From: Oculina patagonica
Lineage: Eukaryota
Direction of reading: 5' to 3'
NCBI RefSeq assembly: GCF_052425735.1
Contig: NC_135768.1
Location: forward strand, 9,858,001-9,921,853
DNA: 63,853 nt
Shown here: positions 1-11,043 of the stretch, one piece after another
Position numbering within the stretch: the stretch's first letter is position 1
Layout of the letters: each line of letters starts with the position of its first letter
The notes under the pieces: model-generated
Database searches by the model: none
What the model saw: the letters and a program-made list of their open reading frames with translations, nothing else
What the model was told of the DNA's origin: nothing
Made by a program: the position numbers and the translations under genes

Positions 1-397
1 GCCATCGTTCGAGGGACATCAGTGTTATTAGTAATGCAGTAGTTTGATAAAAGTATGCTACACACCTATCCCCGACAGCTTTTGTCATAAAATAAAACGT
101 TGGCTGCGTGTTTTTGTCATATGAACTGAACTGAAGATCCAAGTGGATCAACCCATTTACAATCCACAGTGGCTGGGAGATGAGTCCAGTGCAAAAGTCA
201 GTGAAAGCCAATCCAGCAAGTAGAATGTAGGAAGTTGTTCTGAGAGACGAGTTCCTCCAAATTGCCGCCAAAACCAGAGCATTTGTCACCACTGCAACAG
301 GCGATAACACACCGATGGCAGTTAAAACAAACAGATGAACTTCATATAAAGAAAAGCTAGGAGGTTGGAGAAAAAGGTGTGTTGTGTTGTTAGGCAT
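1..397 (-). CDS. Class A (rhodopsin-like) GPCR, 5' part (TM1-TM3), runs off the window start
   Basis: Manual translation of the minus strand from ATG 397: MPNNTTHLFLQPPSFSLYEVHLFVLTAIGVLSPVAVVTNALVLAAIWRNSSLRTTSYILLAGLAFTDFCTGLISQP...CVAYFYQTTALLITLMSLERW. Shows an N-glycosylation sequon, the TM1 Asn, TM2 LAxxD and the TM3 E/DRY-type motif (ERW). Absent from the ORF track because the stop lies outside the window. Confidence 0.93.
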   Translation of the reverse strand, partial: MPNNTTHLFLQPPSFSLYEVHLFVLTAIGVLSPVAVVTNALVLAAIWRNSSLRTTSYILLAGLAFTDFCTGLISQPLWIVNGLIHLDLQFSSYDKNTQPTFYFMTKAVGDRCVAYFYQTTALLITLMSLERW

Positions 398-1939
398 GAA
401 GATTTCGCGTTGATGTGAATTAGGATTGTCTGTGGCAGTTCCCTCAAAGAAAGCTCTTTAAGATATGTGGTTGAAGTTCTGTTGATAAAAAGACTGCGAC
501 GTTCAATTTTTCTAAGGAAGGTCCTCTCTATCTATACTAAAAGAAGTTGTGTTGATGAAGAGTCGATAAAGGAGCCCGGCTTCGTGATGTTTCAAATAAA
601 CTTGAACTCTTGGCTACGTAAGGGAAATCAATTAACTAAAACAAATGGTGCTTGTTGTTTACCTTCACATACATTAAAAGCCGTGCTTATAAAGACTTTT
701 ATTTCCATGTCTTTCCACGTTTAATGAAATATGAAAACATTGAACAGCAGAATTTTGCTTTTTAGATTTTTGATAAACAGAAATAAGTAAACAATGTAAA
801 ATCAGTAAAATTAAAATTTATACTCAATTGTTATACATACATTGTGGTTTGAAGCTTTACACACATTGTGGTTTGAAACTTTGTAGAATGTCGGCAAATC
901 CAATAAAAGTTAATCAACTTTGGCTTATGTAAATACATTTCGAACAAATTGAAACCAGAATATGTCTTTGATTGATATCTTAACAAAAAGGTTTTTAATA
1001 GCGCAAAAGGTGGAATACATCATTAAAAAATGCCATTCTTAAAAAGGGAGGCAGAGTTCAATAGGACGTAAAATTTTCTTAATAAACAGTCAACAGAAAA
1101 GAAAGACACTCAATTTTTTTCAGAGACTCTTTCAACTACGCCTTACCTAGAGTAACTAATTGCTAGAGTTCTTAATTATTTTCGACATTTTGTCAGCACA
1201 ATTTTGATAAACTTTTGATAGACCTGGTTCGTCATGATCAGTAAGGCTAACTAATCAAAATCTTAGATTATGATTGGCTAAGTCAGACGACAGACCTCAT
1301 CAGAAGGTTGTTAAAACGTAAAAAATAACAAAGTTTATCAAGCAGATGTGTCAATATTAATATTGTGAAAAAATCTTAAATTTACTTTCGACAATTTTGC
1401 CTTTTAGGTAAAGTCACTTTTAATGACATGCTTTTCTAACTTTCCTTAGCCTGTGAACAGGCTCTCCGGTCGGGGAGGGGGCGAAAAAAAGAAAAAGGGA
1501 AGAGCGGAGGGGGGGCTGGGAGAGAGAGCCTGTTGACAAAGCATGGAGGCAGCCATTCCGCCCCTTTTTATAAACCTGTCATCATCTGTCACTAGGGACC
1601 TTTAGCACCGACGCCGAGGACGTGAACGTCACCGACCGGAAGTTGAGAAAATGAACTTTGATGCTACTACGCATGCCCAATCGTGCGGAACTCGTCGTCC
1701 ACACCTCGTTGAGGACGTCGTTTGCCGCCATTTGCCGTTCAGTGTCGAACGAAGGTATGTTTTATATGTTTACTGTCTTTTGCTGACTTATTTTGGGGAT
1801 TTTTTCAATTTAAAGTGTCGGTATGTGGACAAGATAGGTACCGTAAGTTATTTGATCGAACCGTGAAGAACCATATTAATTTCTTGTTTTCTTTTCACCT
1901 GCAGAAAGAGCTTTGAGCTTTGCAGCTGTGTTTACAGTG

Positions 1940-3433
1940 ATGGCGGATGATGATACAAAGAGTACAGGGTTCGTACATAAATCTTATAAGTGCTTTTTAA
2001 AAATATAAGTCGCATGCTTTCAACTGCATTTCATTGTAGCTTTGAAAATCAAAGTTGTCCGTTTAAATTTGCGGTTACCGTATCGACCAAGTTCCTTCTG
2101 AAATGTTTTATTTCTCACTAAGTTGTCGTTGATACTGAATGAAGCCTAAATTGTCGTAGAGGGTAATTTTTGTAATCAAAGATTGCCAACACGCGTTACA
2201 CGTTTTATCCTATTTTAATATTCGCCGGAAAAAATAAACAAAGGTTTATTTACAACTTACAGCACTGAAAACTTAGTATATACACTTGAGGCCTCGAGAT
2301 TAATTTTACTCGCAATGCAGAGGGTACTTTTTTTTCTACAATTCAACGATTCCCAAAACGTATTACATGTTTTACCTTATTTTACTTTTAGCCGGACGAA
2401 AAAATAAACAAAAGTTTATTTACAACTTACAGCACTGAAAACTTAGTTTATACACTTGAGGCCTCAAGATTAAATATATTTTACTTGCAATGCAGTTTAA
2501 ATAATATAAACTGCATGATTGTAAAAATAATTCCACTCACTCACTCAATCCTCTTCGTGCCCTTGGGCACATAAGGCCGTAAAAAATTCCATACCTAATA
2601 AAACAATTGTATTTGTTTTCAGAAATTATGCAATGAAATGGTCAGAAGAACATGATCGCATGCTTTGCACAGAAGTCCTTGTCTTGGAACCATGGAAATT
2701 CCCTAAGCAAAGCAAAGAAAGAGGAGAGGTCTGGGGCGAAGTAGCATTACGTTTAAATGGCACAAACTATCCCAAATTCAAAGTCAGTAAGCGTTCTGTC
2801 AGGGAAAGACTCACTCTTTTGGTCAACAAATACAAAGAAAAGACGAAAAAGGAGGAGCAAGGTTCTGGGATTGAATGTGACGATGAAACCGAATTAGAGA
2901 AGGCATTGCCTGAGATCATCGAAAAAGACCAAGCAGCTGATTTGGAAAGGAAACAAAATTCGAATACTCTTACTAAGAAGAATGAAAGTGACAAGGCCTC
3001 TGCAGAAGAGAGTAGATTAAAGGCCATGGAGCGCCTGGGGCAAACCAAAAAGAGGAATGCTGATGCAAGCTCTGATCAAGTTACTCCACCAAAAAGCAGA
3101 AAAAGCACCACTGAAGCTGCGCAAATTCTGAAAGAAAAGTATGAGAATGAAAAAGAAATCAGGAAGGAAGAAATGGAAATTAAGAAGAAAGAACAAGAAA
3201 ATAGAGCTGCCGAGCAACAGATGCTGATGGATCAGCAGAGACACAGCCAGCAACAATACCAGGATGTATTAAAGGTCATGACTGAACAGCAGGAGACAGG
3301 AACAGCAGATGCAAAATTTCCAAATGCTTTTTTTGCAGCAGCAACAACAGCAGAGCCAGGTACTCATGGGTTTACTGGAAAGAGTCCTGCCCAAGTCCTC
3401 ATAAGAGGAAGGCAAAAGAGCTGTTGTGGTTAA
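1940..3433 (+). pseudogene. Harbinger accessory Myb/SANT-like DNA-binding protein with coiled-coil tail, frameshifted near the 3' end
   Basis: Exon 1940-1968 (MADDDTKSTG) splices in frame (GT..AG) to 2623. ORF 2633-3433 has Trp-spaced KWSEEHD...RGEVWGEVALRLN...SVRERL. The Q-rich tail continues in another frame near 3290 (QQMQNFQMLFLQQQQQQSQVLMGLLERVLPKSS*). Confidence 0.75.
2535..2578 (-). mobile_element. ~45-bp 5'-truncated RTE 3' end inside the Harbinger intron
   Basis: Reverse complement acggccttatgtgcccaagggcacgaagaggattgagtgagtgag matches the RTE tail at ~29329-29371. Flanked by the near-identical duplication gtaaaaataattcca / gtaaaaaattcca. Confidence 0.8.
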
Positions 3434-4205
3434 CATTTTATTTAATGGTCAATTTTTAAAATTAAAATTAAAAAGAGATATAAAGTTGCAGTTTATGAAA
3501 ACCTAGGTGAACCCTTTCACCCCATGGGGTGCCGAGTTAAGAACTGAAAAAAGTTAAATTTAATATTCATGTTTTGTTACAATTTTAAGTGTAACATGTG
3601 ATTTTCATGGCAACCAAATGTTTTCCTTTAGGGTTGACCAAAATTTATATTTTTGTGTTTTATCTTTTAGAAGTTTTGAAGAACATACCAGAAGAGATCG
3701 AACCTTACTCAGTGTTATTGTCTTTATTGTCTATTTTAATGTATTTATTTTCATTTTTCTGGTTAATCAAGGGGGTGGGTAGCCACCCAACCCATCCCCC
3801 TGGATCCACCCCTGAATGATCCCTTCCCTTTTTTTTTCTATTTTTTAAGAGGGGGTGAGGTACTTTCAGTCCACCCCCAGTCTAAAAAAAGGCCAAGGCT
3901 AATAAGGGTTAAAGGACCATTCTTTGTAGAAGGGGGGGGGGGGTTGTTGGGATGTTTTATTTGTTCCTGCAATGTCCCCTTCCCTACAATCTGCATTTTT
4001 TGCCCCATAACATGTATTGTATGTCCAGGAAAATAATGCTGTATCATAAAAAAATATGTTGGGATCAAAAGATATGTTGTTGGGATTTTTTATTTGTTCC
4101 TGTAATGTCCCCTCCCCTACAATCTGCATTTCATGCCCCATTACATTTTTCGTTTGTCCAGAAAAATAAAGCTGTATCATAAAAAAAATATACAGCTATT
4201 TTACT

Positions 4206-5957
4206 TTATTGAAAGTATTGCTCCAGGGCGGGGGGCTCAATACCAAAGTAGTCGCTGGTGGTATTACCATAAAGGCATGTTATCGCATTACGAAGTAGTG
4301 TGCACACAACATACATTTTACCGACATTGCTTAGGCCGATCTTCAAATTCTTTTTAAAGTCAAGAAATTTGAAAGAGTTAATGAAATCACCGAAAAGCCA
4401 TTCCACTGAAATTCTTAACGCGCTCATGGGTTCGTTGTAATCCTGCATCGCGGGTGCAAGTGGGACACGACGAAACGGGGTTTGAAGATGCACACGGAGA
4501 GGGTAGGCCAAATCTCCATATATACACATGGGTTGGCCTACTGGAGAGAAAGCATACTGTTGAAGGTCACGCAATAGTCCAGAATCTGCCAACATCCCGG
4601 CGTCGTGTTTACGCCCCTCTAAAACAAAGAAAATAGGAGGTGAGAATAGAAATAGTTGGGAAGTTTGTATAGCTAAAAACAATAAAAACAACTTTCAATA
4701 TCGTATTTTATTTTGTGATCGATTGTGTTTTAATAATAAAGTTCATTATAAGTATTAAAAGAAAATCAAATTAAAAACTCACCAACTGGTCCATACAAGT
4801 TTCCTATTAGTCCATTTGGTAGGGACAGGGATTGAAATTTAAGGGCATGGACCCTTTTATGTCCATTATAAACTACTCTCTGATGTTCTCCGGGTCTTGA
4901 AATGGGTCGTACTGTTTCATCGACGAAACCAAAACAATTGTCAAGCGGGGCGCCTTTTCCTGATATGGCATCTGCATAACGCTGTAAAGCCCCAGGATTC
5001 AGAAGATCTCGATTCCATTGGGTTATGAGGTGGCCGTGAACGTCAAAGATATAGTCCATGACATCATTAGTGATCAAACTTATAACAGAAACCGGTCGGC
5101 CAAAGCGCGGAATCATATCACTGAGTCGGCATGGATAGGCAACTCGTTTGAGAAGCATACATAAGGCTTCTATGTCATCGCAAATACTCCTCTGCTCGCA
5201 TTTAAACACTGGTGGTAGTTGGAGTGCTGCAACAAGGCGAGGAAGGTCTTGCTTCTCAACACGAAACTCTGCTTTGCATTCGGCGGAGTTCATAGAATCC
5301 AAATCGAATCGTTCGTAGTTTCCATGAGGGAAATCTGGATTTTTTGAACTGAAGGTATCGTAAAGCAATAAAAACTCTTCATCTGAAACAATGTTGTCGG
5401 CGTAGAGAAGTATGAGCAGCTCACGAAATTCTTTTGAAACCAAAACAATTGTCAAGCGGGGCGCCTTTTCCTGATATGGCATCTGCATAACGCTGTAAAG
5501 CCCCAGGATTCAGAAGATCTCGATTCCATTGGGTTATGAGGTGGCCGTGAACGTCAAAGATATAGTCCATGACATCATTAGTGATCAAACTTATAACAGA
5601 AACCGGTCGGCCAAAGCGCGGAATCATATCACTGAGTCGGCATGGATAGGCAACTCGTTTGAGAAGCATACATAAGGCTTCTATGTCATCGCAAATACTC
5701 CTCTGCTCGCATTTAAACACTGGTGGTAGTTGGAGTGCTGTAACAAGGCGAGGAAGGTCTTGCTTCTCAACACGAAACTCTGCTTTGCATTCGGCGGAGT
5801 TCATAGAATCCAAATCGAATCGTTCGTAGTTTCCATGAGGGAAATCTGGATTTTTTGAACTGAAGGTATCGTAAAGCAATAAAAACTCTTCATCTGAAAC
5901 AATGTTGTCGGCGTAGAGAAGTATGAGCAGCTCACGAAATTCTTTGAAGGACATCAT
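4206..5957 (-). pseudogene. Harbinger DDE transposase (HARBI1-like nuclease family), disrupted by an internal tandem duplication
   Basis: ATG at 5957/5954; intron 4782-4619 (GT..AG) joins YGPV-E-GRKHDAGML; motifs CFGFVDET, YGDLAYPL, RISVEWLFG. A 511-bp duplication of exon 1 shifts the frame. Confidence 0.9.
4925..5946. repeat. 511-bp near-identical tandem duplication within transposase exon 1
   Basis: Units 4925-5435 and 5436-5946; I found one substitution (LVAAL vs LVTAL). Confidence 0.92.
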
Positions 5958-6231
5958 TTTCCCTGTGGACTTCAACTGGAAGATACTCGTCCTCGTAGCC
6001 GGCGCGGTCTGCTAAATGTTTATGTTTCCCGCCGTAAATGACGGTCCCGTCCCAGGACCCACTCGGTCAAACAAGGTCTCGTCCACGTCCTCGGCGTCGG
6101 TGCTAAAGGTCCCTACTAATCTGTCGACAACGTGTCATCAACTCCACCTTCTCCGCCTAGATGCATTGGAATGTAATTAGAGCGTACTTGAAAATGACAG
6201 CTCGCGGGAAAAAACCGCGCTTTTCTCCAAT

Positions 6232-6489
6232 ATGGATCGGAGCGATCCTCATTGCCGCTTTTGTAAAAAGTCTTTGAGCAGTTCAAAAAGGGTAAATTCT
6301 GTGCCGGTTTTCGATGTTTCTAAAAATAAGGAACTTCTTGTTGTCCCCGGACAAGATAGCGTCGTCGTGGCAGAGGCCTTGGAAATCCTTGGATTACAAG
6401 TAGAAAAGAAAGAGGGGTTTTCAGTTCTTTGTTGCATGCCGTGTGCTCGACAAGCTGTTCGCCTCTCTCATTCAGTTTATGATAAATAA
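6232..6489 (+). CDS. Small C4 zinc-finger (zf-AD/ZAD-like) ORF inside the AcademH-like element, probably truncated
   Basis: CRFC ... CMPC with ~55-aa spacing; lies between the Harbinger right TIR and the Academ right TIR. Confidence 0.45.
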   Translation: MDRSDPHCRFCKKSLSSSKRVNSVPVFDVSKNKELLVVPGQDSVVVAEALEILGLQVEKKEGFSVLCCMPCARQAVRLSHSVYDK

Positions 6490-9019
6490 AAGTGACGGGC
6501 CTACACGACTCCTACGTTCGTGACATTTGTAAACTTTGCCGTTTTATGTTGAGTTCGGTCTTTCGACCTTGTTTGCTTCTGACTTCTTTCTGAGGGTACT
6601 GTTATTATTTGGAGGCTTTATGTATTGAATAGAGCCGTAAGATTGTGGCCATTTAAGTGTCTAGAGGTCATTAGTCCGCGCTGCGTGGTTTCCGTTTGTA
6701 AAGTTGAATGACACCTCTAAATCTGTACTCTGCCACATGTTGTGCTAGTTCAGTTTGTTTTGGCTCAATTCTATTTGCAAGATATGCTTTAGGCTCTCAA
6801 AATGTTCGCCCTGGAAGGACAAGATCTGAAATGTTCCGTGAAAATGTAAACTACTTGCATTTTATTGAAGCCGGGCCCGGCATTTTAATCAATACTGATG
6901 CAAGATGTATTGTCTTATCACGGATTTATCTTTTGTCCGGCTTAGCCAGAGACTGTTTCAGCTTTACTATGAAAAAGCTGAAAGTTGGTTTCAGAGAGAC
7001 ATTCTGTGTTGTAAAGGCTATGCTTCTAGCATTATTTTGATCGAGCGCTCTGTCTTTCAAGCTCGATTTTTAGGATTTTTAACCTCCTTTGTTCGTTGCG
7101 TAATGTTGGCACCACATGATTTAATCTGTCGTATGTGGACGAAATCTTTTAAAGAATCGTCCAACGCACGTTCAAAGAGATCGTTCGTAATTCGCAAAGA
7201 CGCCATGTTTTCACTTCATAATAAGCCGCATTCCATCGCGTCCGTGTATATTTACGGTGTCGGCAAATTGAGATATGTTGATAAGACCTGTCAACAGTCA
7301 GTGATTCGACCAATCAGATGTTGCACTAGAATCTCGTGCACGGAACGGCGGCAAAAAAGCTTTGTCCGCAGGCTCCCCCGATTTTGAGTCCCGACCCGAC
7401 ACATAACTCGGCTCGCTCCGCTCGCCGAAAACATCATCGGGAGCCTGCTCGCAGGCTAAACTTTCCTATAAAGTTTCAATACTTATTAAATGTCGTAACG
7501 TTTTGCATGAACACAAAGCAAACAATGCACCACATATTTGCTGTGAAAAGTGCTGAAATCAAGTTGTATTTGCAAAGTTCACATTAACTCCATTCTTTTC
7601 AATTTCCTTAAAAACGTAATGTTTGGATTAGCTAGAAATAAACTGCGTGCACTGGAAGAAAGTAAAATGTCATTATAAAATATTTAAATTTGAGCAGCAC
7701 TATAGCACGCTTTTGATCATATTTATATATGACTTTTAATGTTCCTTCGTCCGAAATACTCCATCTTAAGCCTCTTGTGAAAACCACTTGGCAATGCTTT
7801 AATGGTGTTAAAATTGTAAGAATATAGCGAGTAAAACATGAAAATATACCACGGTGACCATTTTGAACAGACGTAAACAGGCCATTTCAAAATGACACAC
7901 AGTATTCGATGAATATATATGGTCGCTTTTCAATACATCATTAAAAGCAGAAGTGTATTCTCTGGCTAACTCCGTCGAAAGGTTGCGGAAAGAATATGGA
8001 AGTTTTGCAGTCGTGTTAATTGACAAGGCATCTTCCTTCTTAAAGAAAGATACAAAGTGATCGAGTCACCTACTTGTCGTACAAAGCATTTCTCTTCAGA
8101 TTGAAACGACGGACTACACAGCATTTAGGATTTATAATATTAGTGTTAGCATGCTATCTTCAGATTCGGGCTTCGCTTTTGCAGAACATCAAAAGTGACC
8201 TTTAAACCACAGAACAACGCCTGCAGCTAGCCATTGTTGAGTTAGTAAAGTTTGTAAAGCTGTTTTCCCTTGGGCTTAACATCAAGAACATCCCATGTGC
8301 GTTCATATATGAATGACGAGGATGTTCATCTTCCCCGTAAGGGTCAGAAAGAGGGTCCTGAAAGAAAAAAAGGGGAGGGAGGGGGTGGTATTTAATCCCA
8401 TTTTTCAGACCATTGTTTTCCCGATTTTCCAAATCCCAGTCCCAGTTTTTTGTTGTGATTCCCAGTCCCAGCTCTTCACAGTTGGATGTCATGTGTTACC
8501 TTTATATCATGAAAGTGTTGTGTATTGCTTATAACTGCTTGACGAGGCCTTAAGCAGCTATTTTGCACTGAAAAACTTTTAAATGAGTGTGTCGCGTCTT
8601 CATTTGCTTAAAACGGTCCCTCGTGTATTCTTAGGAAAACCATTCTCCTTTCACAGTGCCCTTTCTCTCCTGTACGTAAGTCACCAAGTTCGCAGGAGTT
8701 GACTTTTTTTTTTACCAAAACTATAAGTAATATATTTTTCTAACAGGTCAATGGCCTCCTAGTCATTACTGTATTCTGACTTAAGGATCGTTTCTTGTTG
8801 TCAATGTGTTTTTTTTTCTGAGCAATGACCAAAATCTGAAAAACAAATCTGCATGTCAGGGTTAATTCCCAATGAAGAAAGTGTGAAAACTCGCCATTTT
8901 TCATCTTTTACCGCCATCTTTGAGAGAAAAGTTCATATCGTCGTCAGAATAAAATAAAGGCTTATCCGACAAAATGCATTTTCATGACTGAAATTCAGAA
9001 AATGAAAAGCAGACAAGAC

Positions 9020-9470
9020 GTTTGAAGAAACGCAATATTTCGGTTTATTGTAGAACCCTCATCAGGCGTTTACAGTGCAAAAAGGTTTTAAATAACAGAG
9101 CGAAGTAGGTGTAACATTATTTGAATAAATAATTTTCAATCCGGTGTCAACGATTGGCCTTCTTTTCTTTATGTAATGTGGTGTTTTGAATAGCAATAGG
9201 GAAGTGTTGTCTCGCACAGTTTAGAAAAAGAAATTATTCATGAGAGAGCCGTGGTTGTTTAAGCCAGGGTGATCAGAAAGAAAAATGATTGAATAAACCC
9301 TTCATTTGTTGTAGATTTTGGCATTCCTTTAGGTGTTAATGGATTGCGTTATCTTTGTCCCGGTCTTCATATGCATGTTCAGCTGTTCATCCAAACATTG
9401 TGCCTTCAGTTTTGCTAATATAACACGCGTTAAAACCAGGGGTTCTAGTCAATACACCAGCCAATAGATT
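9020..9470 (-). mobile_element. Penelope-like retroelement 3' remnant (degenerate GIY-YIG region)
   Basis: Minus-strand remnants resembling C..C...YI.KT...EH and K/P..N, ending in a terminal-repeat-type hammerhead motif. Confidence 0.6.
9028..9071 (-). ncRNA. Minimal type I hammerhead ribozyme motif
   Basis: Minus strand: aaacgc CUGAUGA g gguu...aacc GAAA uauu gcguuu; 6-bp helix I, 4-bp helix II, vestigial helix III. Confidence 0.6.
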
Positions 9471-11043
9471 GATGACAAACAGCATTGAATGATAACTCCA
9501 GAAACTAATATATAGATTTAGCCAAGCCTAAAAGTGGAGCTCCACATTATTTTCTGGTTCTTAAATTTTGTGAAAATACTCTCATTGAAAATACTGTTAT
9601 TCGCGTTCACGTTCGTAGGGGTATGGATGATAAGATGGCATTCTCCTTCTCTCCTTCCCCCGCTCGGGTTACCTTGTGACTCTCCTCCCCCTCCCGGAGT
9701 CTGTACGGGAGGACGTAAGCTCAGTCGATAACCAAATGTTTGCGACTTTTTGCGGTTTACCAAATTTCCTTACCCATGGTGCTCCGCTGGCGCTCTACGC
9801 GCGCTGAAGCTCCGCTAAGATTACACACATGAAAATACATACGAAGATAGCACACACATTCGCGCGTAACTGATCATGTTACTTGTCATATGAACGGAAG
9901 TGGCCGTACAATACAAAACCGAAAATGATTATGACACAGCCAGGTGAACTGATGAAGGGCGTTGGCTTTAAAAGAAAAATACTAAAATTGCAGTCAGAAG
10001 TAGACATAAAAAGCTCTTTAAAAATTCTGTTACTGACTTTGATGAACGTAAAGCAACGTTTGTAATGCGGGAAACGAACGCAGAGACATCCTTGATATTT
10101 ATAAATCACTTGCATAATAATGTTCCCAGTCTCGCGCAGCGTTCGCGTGTACTTGTTGTGCTAGTCACTCGCGCGCGTACAAATGTGTAATGGTTAAAAT
10201 AAAACAAGCCGTTGCTTTTTACTGCCATGTTGAAACCGAAGAAGGCCGAAGGTTCGCGGTCGAAAAGTCTTGTAGGAAGTTCATTATGAACGTTGTTTTA
10301 CGTTCATCAAAGTCAGTGATAGAATTTTTAAAGCACTTTTAACGTTGGCTTTGTTAAGGAGAGGTGTTCTGTCCTTGGCGCTGGTGAAAAAAGAGCGTTT
10401 TGTGCCAAAATCCACAAGACATTAAAGGCCTCATTTTCCCACCTTAAATGTGCTTTTCCTGAAAATGTGTGTTTTTCGCTTACCATCGGATCTTACTGAA
10501 ATGTATACGAAAAAATACTAAAATTATCCAATTGTGTAAATCAGCATAAAGGGGAATAGTAAAGAAAAATTAAAAATTTAGGCAAGGAACTGGAAAGAAA
10601 ATCTACATTTTAAAAGTTAATAAATGTTAAACGACGTCGTCAAAACAAATTAACATAACTTTTTCTTAAAAGGTTAATTTTGTTTTTAAGACTGCGCTCG
10701 ATCATATATTACATACATAAAAAATAAAAATAAATCAGTACATTCGTGAAAAGTAAGAAACCTTGTGAAAAAATAATTTTCAAAGTACCTTGAATTCTAC
10801 GTGTCGTTTATCAGGTTTAAGACCGAAACTAATATTGTAATTAATTATTTGATATTCAACTTTACAAAGCTGTCTAAATATTAGTTCACGATAGCTTTCA
10901 GCTTTCACTCAAACCTCCGTTATCGCACACTAAGTTTCCCACGGCGAAATAATGATACAACGGCTTTGCTGTGTGGCTGCGTTATTTGGTAATTCTACTT
11001 TGCCAAGTTCGTTTGAGTCATTTTTTTTTTCTTTTGAGATAAC

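Larger units (their letters stand above)
1594..6114. mobile_element. PIF/Harbinger-superfamily transposon (possibly Pangu-type), full length but disrupted
   Basis: Perfect 31-bp TIRs AGGGACCTTTAGCACCGACGCCGAGGACGTG (1594-1624, 6084-6114), 3-bp TSD ACT (1591-1593, 6115-6117), convergent DDE transposase and Myb/SANT-like genes. Confidence 0.93.
1447..7458. mobile_element. Non-autonomous AcademH-like DNA transposon (outer element of a nest)
   Basis: Imperfect TIRs TAGCCTGTGAACAGGCTC (1447-1464) and GAGCCTGCTCGCAGGCTA (7441-7458), flanked by an exact 9-bp TSD AACTTTCCT (1438-1446, 7459-7467). TAG...CTA termini with a 9-bp TSD fit Academ/AcademH. Confidence 0.8.

Noticed and set aside
4766-5975. 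Two separate transposase genes suggested by the ORF track
   Set aside because: One gene with an internal 511-bp tandem duplication.
7790-8290. Stretch that looks like decayed coding sequence
   Set aside because: Multiple stops in the frames I tried and no family I can name; needs BLASTX.
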